Shown: positions 12,801 to 23,811 of the stretch, in pieces
Layout: every line of letters begins with the position of its first letter
Position numbering within the stretch: position 1 is the first letter of the stretch
NCBI GenBank assembly: GCA_009602725.1
Contig: WELB01000002.1
Coordinates: 1,598,237 to 1,658,317, forward strand
Source of the DNA: Spirogloea muscicola
Lineage: Eukaryota
DNA: 60,081 nt
Direction of reading: 5' to 3'
Program-made: the position numbers and the translations under genes
The notes under the pieces: model-generated
Databases searched by the model: none
Seen by the model: the letters and a program-made list of their open reading frames with translations, nothing else
What the model was told of the DNA's origin: nothing

Positions 12801-13964
12801 AGGGCAACGAACTGTGAAAGAAGAAGAAGCTGTGAAAGGCTAGCGTTAAGAAGGACGACAAGGTCTGGAGGAGGCCGGAAATCGCTACAATCAAGACCAC
12901 ACAGTTGCTCTTCTAGCCAAAGCGCAGTAGAAGATGATCTGCGCCCGTTCATTGTTCATAAATCTCAATGGCGGCGCTGCTATTACCACGGCCCGAGGGC
13001 GAAGCCGCGCGCGCCCAACCGCGACGATCTCCAGAAGGCGTTGAGCAGTCGAGTGCGGCCGGCTCCCCCGGCCGACAAGACCTCTCACGCTTTCCCTCAT
13101 CCAAGGGGCGAAGGGTGTGAGAAGGCCAGCCCGAGAGAAGCAGCACTTCCACAGGGTACGAGGGCTGTGAGAAGAGAAACAGCCCTTCCGCAAAAGAGGG
13201 CTCTTCAAATGTACAGGCAGTGGCAGCGAGAGGCCAGCCCAACAGAATGAAGAAAGAAAGTGGGCGCCCACAGAGAAGAGGGGAAAATTTGGAGAAAATC
13301 CAAAAGAGCCAAAAAGATGCAGAAAAGAGAATGACATAGCTGGACAGAAGCAAGACTCTTCCATAAGAGGGCGATGGCTGTGATTGGCCGGTCAGCAAAA
13401 GAAAGAGAAAGAACAAGGTCCGAAAGGGCCGCAAGAGGGACAAGCGCTGAGAGAAGCCAGCCCTCAGATTCATCCATCACAGCCGTTGTGTCATGACTCG
13501 ACCCCTGTAGACAGGCAATTAGGCCGTCAAGTCCTGATCGGGTTCGGACGTAGGGATGTAGGAGCAAACCCCTACACCGTGAAGCACCTCGCGCCCCAGC
13601 GCGCAGCGAAAGTCTTGCCCTGTGGTGCCGCCATCAGGCGGCGTCTCCACCTCTCGGGCACCAGCCCGCAGCTAGCCCGCCAAGGGCCGGCCACGGACGC
13701 CTTGCAGCGAGCCGGCAGCGTCCTGCCGGCGACGGGCTGCAGCAGCAGGCCCAGCAACAGGGCTGCGCCCCTCTCGGGGCTTCACTGATCCGAAGTGCCG
13801 TCCATGCCTCTGCCCCCAGACTCCTAGTGCTCCCGGTGCCGCCCCCCCTCCAGGGGCGCGTGAGGTCGCTCCATGGCCCACCCCGCGGGGCGGGCCGCAT
13901 GCGGCCCGCCCCGAGGGGCAGGCCTGTCGAGGGGAAGGCCCCGCTGTGGGGGCCGATGGGTCGA

Positions 13965-14116
13965 GGCGCCGGGTGGACACCGTGCCACCGCGGCCCCCGT
14001 TCGCCGGGCGCCAGGGTGGACACCGTGCCACCGCGGCCCCGTGCGCCGGGCGCCAGGGTGGACACCGTGACACCGCGGCCCCGTGCGCCGGGCGCCAGGG
14101 TGGACACCGCGCCACC
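13965..14116. repeat. 42-bp GC-rich minisatellite, about 3.6 units
   Basis: GGCGCC(A)GGGTGGACACCG starts at 13965, 14007, 14049, 14091. Confidence 0.9.
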
Positions 14117-14869
14117 AAGGCCCCCTTGAAGGACCGCCTTTCCAGGCCAAGTCGGCCACGTGCCAATTGGGTGAGCGTAACACCCTGGGTTAACGCTCAC
14201 AGTAAGTTGGAACGTTACACCTTGTCAGTTCTTTTCGGGCTGGCTTTCACAGCCCTTGCCCCATTTAGGAGAGCCACTTTCTCTCTATCACAGCGGTCGC
14301 CCTCTACGGGAAAAGTCTTTCCTTTGGGCTGTCCTCTCACAGCCATTGCCGTAAATTGGTAGAGCTTTTGCTTCGGATGGACAAGTCTCCGAAGCGGTCG
14401 GCGAGCGCAGATCACGCAGCCACTCATCTGGAAAATGCGCGGCCGCGGATCGCGGGCTGCCTGTGCCAAGCGAGCGCGAGGGGGCCAGCCGGCCCGGCTG
14501 CTGGGAGGCGAGGGCCGCCACTACGCCAATGATTGCCGCGCGGGGAGGGAGGAAGTGGAGGGAGGGCGCGGGTTGAGGGAGGTAAAAAGCGTGCACTGAG
14601 TGGGTGATTGGGGGGGGCCACGAGGGCCACAGCCACTCAGTCATTTGTCCTGGGCTGGCCGTTCACATGGTCCACGGCCCACGCCTTTCATCTGCTTGCT
14701 GGCCGTGCTGCAGCCTCCGGCTTCGTCAAGGGGATTGCTTTCCGGCGGGTAGTCTCCCTGACTTGCGGCTCCTAAGCAGAGGTTACTAAGGTGATTATCC
14801 TCCCGGGAAGCTCTGGGAAAGCGCTGTTCGGCCCCTTTGGACCTTGTCAATTCTTTTCGGGCTGGCAAA

Positions 14870-15375
14870 ATTTCGTGTAATTGAAACAAACGAAGGCCAA
14901 ATGGCCAAGTAAAAAGGCAAGCCCATCTAAAGACCTACATAACTTACAGTAATTTTGACCCGCTCAGTAAGCACGGGTCAAAATATAAAGGTCGCTAACC
15001 GATGTCTGCATACTAGATGGCAGATACGAAGCCCTTCTGCCACCAACTAGAGCTCGCCCAGCTTTCTGGTGCAAAGCATTAGCCTGAGCACGCTGCAAAC
15101 AGGCCGAAACTCGTCGACGCAAGAACGACAGATATGCAGCTGGCAAGCCCATCTCAGCCGGGAACACATCTGCATGTCGTGTGTAGCCTAGATTGGCTAT
15201 ATTTGAAAGGAGTATAAGAAAACGAGGATCTAGGCAGGCAAAGATGTCGATTGCCGCGGGCAGGAGCTGATCACATTGGGGGTAATCGGAGTAGTGCTGC
15301 AACTTTCTTTCTTCAGCACTGCCCACTGCGTGGCCAGCGATGTGTCGATGCTGGACCTTTATAGGCCTCCGTAAC
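14870..15375 (-). mobile_element. CRE family F 3' fragment
   Basis: KLQHYSDYPQCDQLLPAAIDIF..RRRVSACLQRAQANALHQ..LTRAY*; matches the copies at ~23100-23620 and ~23812-24310. Confidence 0.85.
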
Positions 15376-17544
15376 CACTGGCTGGCTGTCCACAGCCCTT
15401 GCTACCTTAGGAGAGCCACTTTCTTTCATTCGCAGCCCGCGGCCCTTTGAGATGGGCTCACTTCTGTTCACAAACAAGCACCCGATGTGTACCACGGGCT
15501 GTGTGAAGGGAGGGGGTGGGGCAGAGCCGCCGCCGCCGCAAAGGGGGGGGTGAGGGACTGCCGCCCCAAAGCGGTGGCCGTCGGCAGCCACCGTCGCGAC
15601 GAGGTCCCTCAGTCATTACCTTTCGAACCTCTGTCAATTCTTTTCGGGCTGGCTTTTCACAGCCCTTGCCCCCGTTGGGGGAGCCACTTCTTCCTTCCGC
15701 CGGGGCGGGGCGAAGTAGGCAGTTGGCGCGTCTCGATGGTAGCCCTCGCGGGTGCGCCACGTGGCGCACCTGAGGTTGACCTGCCGGCCGGCAGTCGGCG
15801 GACGTCGGTGGCGCACGGGCGGGACGGTGAGTGGGGGGAGAGAGGAGGCCGGCCGGGAAGCGATGCGAAGAGTGCAGTCACGGGGTGGCGGGAGGGGAGG
15901 GAGGGCGCCACCCCCCGATGCGTCGTCACGACGGCTTCCATACGCGCCCGCGCTCCTGGTGACAGGTGCCGGGTTCTGAGCGGGTCGGAGCGAAACGTCG
16001 TGGAGCCGGTTGGGCGGCCGCCCCCCGCCCGTCAGACGCCGGCGGACTTTGTACGCGGCCACGCGGCAGGAGGGGAGAGGGTGGGCCAGCCGCGGCCGCG
16101 GGGGCAAAGCGAAGGGGGGGTCGGCCAGGCTCACTCCTGCTCGCGCTGCGGCGCCCCCCGCCTGCAGCCGCTGCCTGGCGGCTCGCCACTCCTGGCGCTC
16201 GCGAGCCCACGCCGCGGCGGCGTTTCGACGAACGCCGGTTACCGATCGCCAGCGTCTTCTCCGAGCCCACGAAAGGCGGTAGACGGACGCGCCGCTGGGT
16301 CCCATGCCTGCACGTTCACAATGCAGTCCCCTGCTCGTGCGAGCGCCCGCGGCTAGCTCCGCGCCCGAGCTTGCCTTGCGTCGTTTTGCAGCACCACCGT
16401 CATGGCCAACTTACCATTGGTGCACAGAAACAACGGCATTCCGGAGCTGACGGTCGTCTTAACCTGGGTGGTGAGTCACATTCAACCAGGATGCCACTCA
16501 CCTGAGCACATCTGTGCACCAACTTCATGTCAGTCAGCTGGTCCTGTAGATTCCAAGATGTCAATATTTGAGTGCGACCATATCTTCTCCCTGATATGCA
16601 TGAATGAATGCCTCAGAATGATGAGAAAGGAAAGGCGCACACCCTTTCAGCTGGGGACCACTGGTCAAGTGCAGAGGGCCGCTCAAGCGCCTGCAGATCG
16701 AGTGTAGCTGATGCACTCGGCAGCTCTGTCTGTTTTGTAGGCTGCGAAAGCTACTGCATTGGGAAGGGAGACCATCCACGTTGTTGGTGCCATTGAGATG
16801 CACCTCTATGCCTTTGTTGAATTGATGCAAGCCCTCGGAAGGCGGACTGTATATTCCGTAAGCAACTTTCTCCAGGTGAGCTAGCTATCAGTCAAGTCTA
16901 GGTAAACGCTTCGTGCTCCAAAAAACTCAAGTCAGTCGACTGTACCTTCTGAGTGCGAGTTTGGCCATTCTAAACAATCTGAAACATTGGACCGTTGGCC
17001 TCTGGCTCAGTGGCTTGTGCAAAGGGCACCAATTGCGGCATTGGATGTCATGGACAATCTGCCAACGGATGATGAAGGAGACTATAATGTATTTCTATTG
17101 GACAACCTCCTGCATTCATGGAAGCAACTGAAAAGCTGGCTGAACAATGTATAGATGGCAGACTTGTCGAAATTCAGCGACTTCTGGCTGCTAAGAACGT
17201 CATCTGTTGATCTATGTACAATGCCTGTGCGGCGGTGTTCTACGCCTTACCTAACCAAGGAACGGTTTCAGTGGTAGACAGGACGCAGAGGTGCTTAATC
17301 CTGTGCTTCACTAGCTTCAGTTTCTGGCTTGGTCTATCAGCCGCACGTAAAACTTACAGCTGAAGTTGGTCAGGGCAACCACAAGCCGCCTGCACTGCCA
17401 GCGTGCTGCCAAGTTAGACAATATTCTGCAAGACGAGGGTTTGGAACCCCGCAACTTGCATGGCCAGATTCAACAATTTCCACTCCCACAAGCACATTAT
17501 ATGACATATGGAGTGCAAATACAGTTGAATTCCCCTGCGCCTCT

Positions 17545-20500
17545 AATGTTTGAATTGTCGTCACAGCGCACGCATGTCAAGCTCCTGGACGCGGTCAGCC
17601 AGCTGCATGTCCTGCAGTGTGTGAAGTCGGTCCGCCTGCCGGAGGTGTTCCTACTGCCGCGCCTGCAGCTGCTCCGTCACAAAGGCAGGTGCGCCTAGGG
17701 GGACGCCGACGAGGGTGAGGCCCCCGGCTGGTGTCTGGCAACCCTCGGGCAGGCGCAGGTGGGCTGGCAGGCCCTGAGGGGACCAGGCGCTGCATTTGTC
17801 CGCCCGAGTGTCCAGGCCGATCGCGTTCAGCTGCACTTGGAGGGTGGCAAAGGCAGCTGCAACATCCTCTGGCTTCCCCACCAGCGTGGTGTCATCAGCG
17901 TATGTCGGCACGAGGACGCTGGGGTGACCCGCGACCATTGCCTGGAGGGCACGGTGATGTGCCAGCGCATAGTAGAACCCCCCCAGTGGATCTGAGAGGA
18001 GCTGAAAGAGGAGGAGGAGCTGAGAGAGGCCTTCCCCAGTCTTCTACCCTTCTTCAGGCTGGGGTACGGTGAGCCATGCGAGCTGCAGTGGCTGGCGGGG
18101 GGTGATGCGGTGGCAAAGGGGGGTCCACTGGCGGGTTTCTACTAGGCGCTGGCACATCACCCCTGGTGGAGTGGAGGGTCTCCACCGCATCACCCCCCGC
18201 CCGCCACTGCAGCTCGCATGGCTGACCGTACCCCAGCCTGAAGAAGGGTAGAAGACTGGGGAAGGCCTCTCTCAGCTCCTCCGTGATGACATCACGATCA
18301 ACGCTGTTGAAGGCGTTGCGGACGTTGACGGCCATGGCCACCCATTCGGGATGCAGGTCCAGGGTGGCCCGTATGCCGTGCACGACCGTGTCACCGTGGC
18401 TCCCCAGCCCCGCACCAGACTGTTGGGACGCCAGGTGTGCGCCTGGGGCCTGCCCTGCGTGCTGTTGCCAAAGCGCGCGCCCCACCAGGCGGTAGAGCAA
18501 CTCACCGATGGCGTTGGGCCTGACCCCCCCACCGGCCTTGCTGAGCGCCAGCAGTGTAGTGGTGCACAGGATGCCGCGAATGCTGGCCGGGACCTGGTCG
18601 CGAGCGAGGAGCTGGCACACCTGGTGGAGTGCCTGGGAGTCCGCCGGGTCGCCCTCCAGAGAGATTTCCTGGAGATGCTCGGTAAGGATGTGGGAAGGAC
18701 CTCCAGCGGCCGCGCGGCGGCTGCTCTGCAGGGCCCTCCGCAGGGCGTCGACTTCGAGGACCACCTCCTCCGGCGGCGCGAAGGTGGCCAGCCACGGAGG
18801 CAGGGGGTGGTGAGCCGCAGGGTGCAGGGACGCCAGGGCCGCCCTTGTGGCAGCATTGGTGGGCGCCAGCACCGAGTCGTCCAGGGCCTGGACCGCCCTT
18901 GACAACTCGCCCGCGTGACCGAAACGCAGAGCCCGGCGGACATTGGCGGCCCTGTCTGGTGCGGCCCGCGGGTCACCTCGGTTCGCTGCCGAGGCCGCCA
19001 CCGCTGCGTAATGGCGCGCGAGAAGCTCCTCCCAATGGCCGCTCTCGAACAATCGGACGCGCTCCAGAAGGGGCTGCTGGCCCTGCCAGCGGCCGTCGTG
19101 GGGGGCACGGCCGAGCAGTAGCCGGGGGAAGAGGAGAAACTGCTTCCAAGCCGCCTCGTCCCGGTGGTCCCTAGCAATTCGCTGCATCGCCGGGCAGAGA
19201 GCGCGGCGAATGTGCGGGCGCACCCAGCGGGGCACATGGCGGAGGAGCGGGAGGGCCGCCTGGCGGTGATGGCAGCCAGGTCGAGGCCGGCCAGCCACTG
19301 CCCGTGTTGAGGCGTGGGAGGGGTTGGCGAGGAAGGGACAGGCCTGCCTGGTCTGCCCCGTTGGCCGCCCGCAGACCTGCGCTCCACGCCTGCGCCGCAC
19401 AGTTGTTGTTGAGCGCGCAGGCGCGCTCGTGGTTGGCCCGGCCTGACCGCGTGGTGAAGGTCGTCTGGCAGTGCTGGCACAGCAGGGGGTCGGGCGAGCG
19501 AGGTGGGGGCAAGGGCGGTGGAGCTGGTGCGCTCGGTGAAGGCGGAGGCGGTGGTGGCGAGGGCGGCGTCGAGGGCGCCGACGGCGGGGGGCAGAGCTGC
19601 TCGAGAGGCGGGATGGTGGATGGCTGGGAAGGCAGAAGCGCAGACCGAGAAGGCGGCGGCGAGGTCGAGGCGGGTGGTGGACTCTGGGGTGGCATTGGCG
19701 GCGACGGCGGCGACGGTGGTGACGGCGGCAGAGGCGGCAGCGACGGCGGTGGGGACGGCGGCCTGGCTGCCACGGGAGGCGCACTCACGGGGATATCAGG
19801 GGCAGCATCACGCCCGGGGGACAAGGCACCCTGCGGAAAGACCGGGTTCACCTCGGGGGGCCCTTCACATCTCGAGGGCTGAGTCGATAAAGCAGGTGCC
19901 CGTTGCATCTCACGGGCGGGAGGCGATACATGCTCCTCCATGGTCTGCTCCTGAGGTGAGGCTGCCAGGACCGTGGCGATGGGGCCGCAAGCCGCGGCGG
20001 CCGCATCGGCTGGCTGGCACGGCGAAGGTGGCCTCTGTGGCGGCGGTGGCAGCGACGGCGGCGGCGGAGATGGCGGTGGCGGCGGCGGCGGCGACGGCGG
20101 TGGTGACGGCGGCCCTGGGGCGGGAGGCAATACATGCTCCTCCGGGATCTGTTCCTGAGGTGCGGCTGCCAGGACAGCGGCGTTGGGATTGCAGGTTGCG
20201 GCGGCCGCATCGGGCGTCGAGCCAGCGGGGCTGGGATACCCCTTGCAGTGTTTCCGGTGCGAGGAGACACCGCGGGGAGTAGCAAAACCCCGCGGACAGG
20301 TTGGGCACAGCACGCGCGTGGACGCCGCAGGCGGGGAAGACGGCGGCAGGAGAGATTGGGGGGGGGCGCAGGTGGGGGCGATGGCGCTGAGAGGGATAAA
20401 GGCGGAGGGGGCGGCGGCGGAGGTGGCGTGGTGGCGGCATGGAAGGCGGAGAAGGCGAGGAACCGCTGCGCCCAAGCGGACTTGGCCGGGGGAAGTTCGG

Positions 20501-20600
20501 GACTCCGGCTCCGAAGGCGGCGCCGAGAACGCGCGGGCGGGGCGACGGCGGGCGGCGCGGCGGCGACGGGAGCGACGGGAGCGACGGTGGCAGCAGGGGC
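17545..20600 (-). mobile_element. CRE-clade element 5' part: zinc fingers, Pro-rich region, reverse transcriptase; frameshifted, 3'-truncated
   Basis: CPTCPRGFATPRGVSSHRKHC and CQHCQTTFTTRSGRANHERAC; LLALSKAGGGVRPNAIGE, VNVRNAFNSVDR, DPLG, YADD at 17902-17891. Confidence 0.9.
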
Positions 20601-20754
20601 CNTTTTTGGAGGTATGTTTGTGGCGAGGACGTCCACTTGGCGCACAAGCGAGTCAGTGACTGGCGATCGAGGATGCCTGTTAGCTACTAGAGGCTGGGTG
20701 CGGAGAGGACCCCAAAGAAGAAGCTTCATAGATTCGTAATGGCCTGCCTCCGGA

Positions 20755-20970
20755 AGAGGGAAGGGCTCGCCCATTGAGGATAGGGGCTGGAAAAGCCAGC
20801 CCAAGGATGAGCAAAGGATGAACAAAGTACGAGAAGGGGGCCAGGGGAAGCGCTAAGAAAAACAAGAACAACAAGAAATATAGCAGCTACGTATTACTCA
20901 GTAACCCCAGCTAAGCAGCCTCAGGTCAGAGAAGCTAGGCTCCTGGAAGTGGGTTCCTTGGCCAGAGCCA
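20755..20970 (-). mobile_element. CRE family C 3' end
   Basis: SDLRLLSWGY*, 3'UTR and hairpin module; matches 3895-4038 and 48060-48270. Confidence 0.8.
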
Positions 20971-21769
20971 GAGGACGGCTGCCCAAGGGAGGGAGGTTGA
21001 GGTTGAGAGCGAGAGGAAATTGGAGTAGGGAGAAGGGACAGGGGTTCAAGAAGTGGGGAAAATCACAAGAGGGTGACTCCATCTACACTGGCACCACCGG
21101 ACTCCCTAGCCCGCATCTATCCCGTTCCCGTCTAGCGCTGTGTGTGATGAGCTTCATAAAGCATGTATTCAGATGGTAGCGCCCCGCCACCCACTGCACT
21201 GAACTTAAAGCATATGAGCTACCGTTTCAGAAATTTCATAGGACTTTCTCTTCAAAGACGTGCAGCCTGCTCAACGTCCGAGCAAAGTGAGCAAATAGCG
21301 ACGATGCCAAGCCCACCGGAGTGGCAAAGGCTGCGTGACGGGCCCCACTGCATATTGCAGTTTGAGCGGCCAAAGGACTTTGAAAGGAGCCAAAAGGCAT
21401 CCGGAAGGACGACGACAGCAGAGGACGCCGGTGCAGCAGATCAAAGCACCGTAGATCAAGAGAATGTTTGCAGGCACAACAAGTGGCGAGACGAGACGAA
21501 GAGCGTCACGTGGAAGCCAATTATCATCAGGTTTCAGAGAGAGAGAGACTGGAAGCTCCTTATAGTAGGGGCGATAGCTCTGATAGGTCAGCCCTTACAT
21601 TTAACCAGGTCCGAATGGGCGGGAAGTTCTAATTCACACAGCTACACAAATTAACTAGTCGAAGTGGGTGCTCAATGGTCCCTAGTCAGCAGCTGCAGTC
21701 AGAGTAGCTTACAGCCGAATAAACGAGAGAGGTGAGAAAAAGCTGTTCTTAAGTAAGACACTGGGTCGT

Positions 21770-22510
21770 ACGAGGCCAGCCCAAAAGAATGAACAAGGTC
21801 CAGAACAGACCGGAAGCTGCAAAAGCACTAAATTTCTTTCCTGCTGCGAATGGACGCTCAGTGACCTCTACTCAAGAATGCAACAAGGGGGCGATGGAAG
21901 TAAAAGGCCAGCCCAATAAGCTCTAGTCAGCAGCCGCAACTTAGAGTAGCTTGCAACTCGGAAAGTGCTACCACGGGCAAAGGGAGAGAGGGGAAGACTC
22001 ACATCAGAGGTCGACGGCTGTGATAGGCAATCTCAGAAAGACAGAAGTGCTCGCCCATAGAGAAGGGGCTGGGAACGGCCAGCCCAAGAAGAAATAAACC
22101 ACTGCTAAAGGAAGCGCGGCCCAAATGACTGGTGGCTGTGAGAGGCCAGCCCAAAGGATGGACAAGGTCTGAAGGAGCCGGATGGCGCAGAAAGCAAGGT
22201 ACTACAGCTAAGCGGCCGCAGGTCCCCTGGCTAGAGCCAGAGGCGGCGGCAAGGGCTCGACCGGCGCGGAGATGCAACGCGCGAGCCATGGACCGCTGCA
22301 GCGAGACGGCCAAGCGCAGAAAGAAGACTGAACAGATTCGAAAGGGCCAGAAAATCACGCTCAACATACAGCGACTTAAGTGGCCTCTGGGTGCTCAACA
22401 TTCCCTCTTGGGCAGCCGCAGCTCAGAGAAACTAGCCTCCGGGTAGCAGGTCCCGTGGCTATAGCCAGAAGAAAGTGCTCGCCCATAGAGAAGAGGGGCT
22501 GGCAAAGAAG
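21770..22510 (-). mobile_element. Stack of short CRE 3' fragments
   Basis: Modules at ~21775, 21907, 22078, 22145, 22497; RLAVSLQRSMARALHLRAGRAL at ~22240-22320. Confidence 0.7.
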
Positions 22511-22522
22511 AGAAGAAGAGGG

Positions 22523-23625
22523 CTCGCCCAGCTTCTGATAAGAGGAACACAATCCAGACTGGTTACGGCAGTGGAAGATGAGCGCTGCAGAAGGTTGAGG
22601 AGGCTGCCAGGGATTCAGAACAATCCAAGGAGCCTGGCAAGACTTACTTCTCTTGCCACACCGGGTGCCACAGACTGGATCGCCTCTGACGCCGTCGCGC
22701 CTTCAGCTTCAGCTCGGAGGCCTTTCGGACGTCGCGTCAATTCTTCCTCGGCCTACCACCTAACAGCCTGATTGGGGTGCGCCAGTGTGAGTGCGGCTTC
22801 CGTGCAGAGGGCGCTGAGCTCGCCACTCACATGCTGCGATGCCCCACTGGACCAGAAGTGGTGGACATCCACAACCTCCTTCGAGATGCCATGGCGGGTT
22901 TGACGCGCGACGTCGGGTACCGTGCGGTCGTGGAAGTGAACAACATTATGCCTATCACCATGGATGCCCAAGGACGTCATCATCGCCGCATACTTGACAT
23001 TGTGGGCGTGCAACGTGGTGGAGGACCACCGGCCTTGGTCGATGTTGGTCGATGTAGTTACGGAGGCCTGTAAAAGTCCAGCATCGATGGACATCGCTGG
23101 CCACGCTGTGGGTGGTGCCAAACTAAGAAAGCTGCAGCACTACTCCGATTACCCTCAATGCGATCAGCTCCTGCCAGCGGCAGTCGACATGTTTGGCTGC
23201 TTAGGTCCTCGTTTCCATTCTTCAAAATATTGCCACTCTAGGCTACACACGACATGCAGATGTGCTCCCGCCTAAACCCTAATCCCTAAACCCTAAAGTC
23301 CTAAATCCTAAATCCTAAACCCTGAACCCTAAACCGGTTGAGATGGGCTTGCCTGTTGCATATTTGTTATTCTTGCGACGACGAGTTTCGGCCTGTTTGC
23401 AGCGTGCTCAGGCTAATACTTTGCACCAGAAAGCTGGGCAAGCTCTAGTTGGTGGCAGAAGGGCTTCGAATCTGCCATCTAGTATTCAGGCATCGATTAG
23501 CGACCTTTATGTTTTGACCCGTGCTTACTGAGCGGGTCAATCTGCTGTAGTTTATGTAGGTCTCTAGATGTGCTTGCCTTCGTATTTGGCCATTTGGCCT
23601 TCGTTCGTTTCAAATGCACGATCTT
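22523..23625 (+). mobile_element. CRE family F, 5'-truncated, interrupted by telomeric repeats
   Basis: RQCECGFRAEGAELATHMLRCPTGPEVVDIHN; RRILDIV; LTRAY* with stop at 23529-23531. Confidence 0.9.
23271..23333. repeat. Interstitial telomeric repeat, about 9 degenerate CCCTAAA units
   Basis: cctaaaccctaatccctaaaccctaaagtcctaaatcctaaatcctaaaccctgaaccctaaa. Confidence 0.9.
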
Positions 23626-23811
23626 TCTTGCCCATTGAGGATAGGGCTGGCAAAGCCAGCCCAAAAAGAATAAACACCTCCTCCCGGAGGTGTAAGCACG
23701 TGGCTGGCTCTTCCAGCCGCACTTTTACGACCTTGTACATTCCTCTGGGCTAGCCTCTCACTTTACTTGTCGGGCTGGCTTATCACAGCCCTTGCCCCCA
23801 ATGGAAAGAAG

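Noticed and set aside
15700..17540. GC-rich ORFs and splice-like signals as a gene
   Set aside because: No consistent exon chain or recognisable domain
18272..20825. Many long overlapping ORFs in alternative frames (also 59024-60076)
   Set aside because: Shadow ORFs caused by high GC; explained by the retroelement or LysM frames
21163..21654. 163-aa ORF with KPIIIRF resembling LINE ORF1
   Set aside because: Single weak motif, no linked APE/RT
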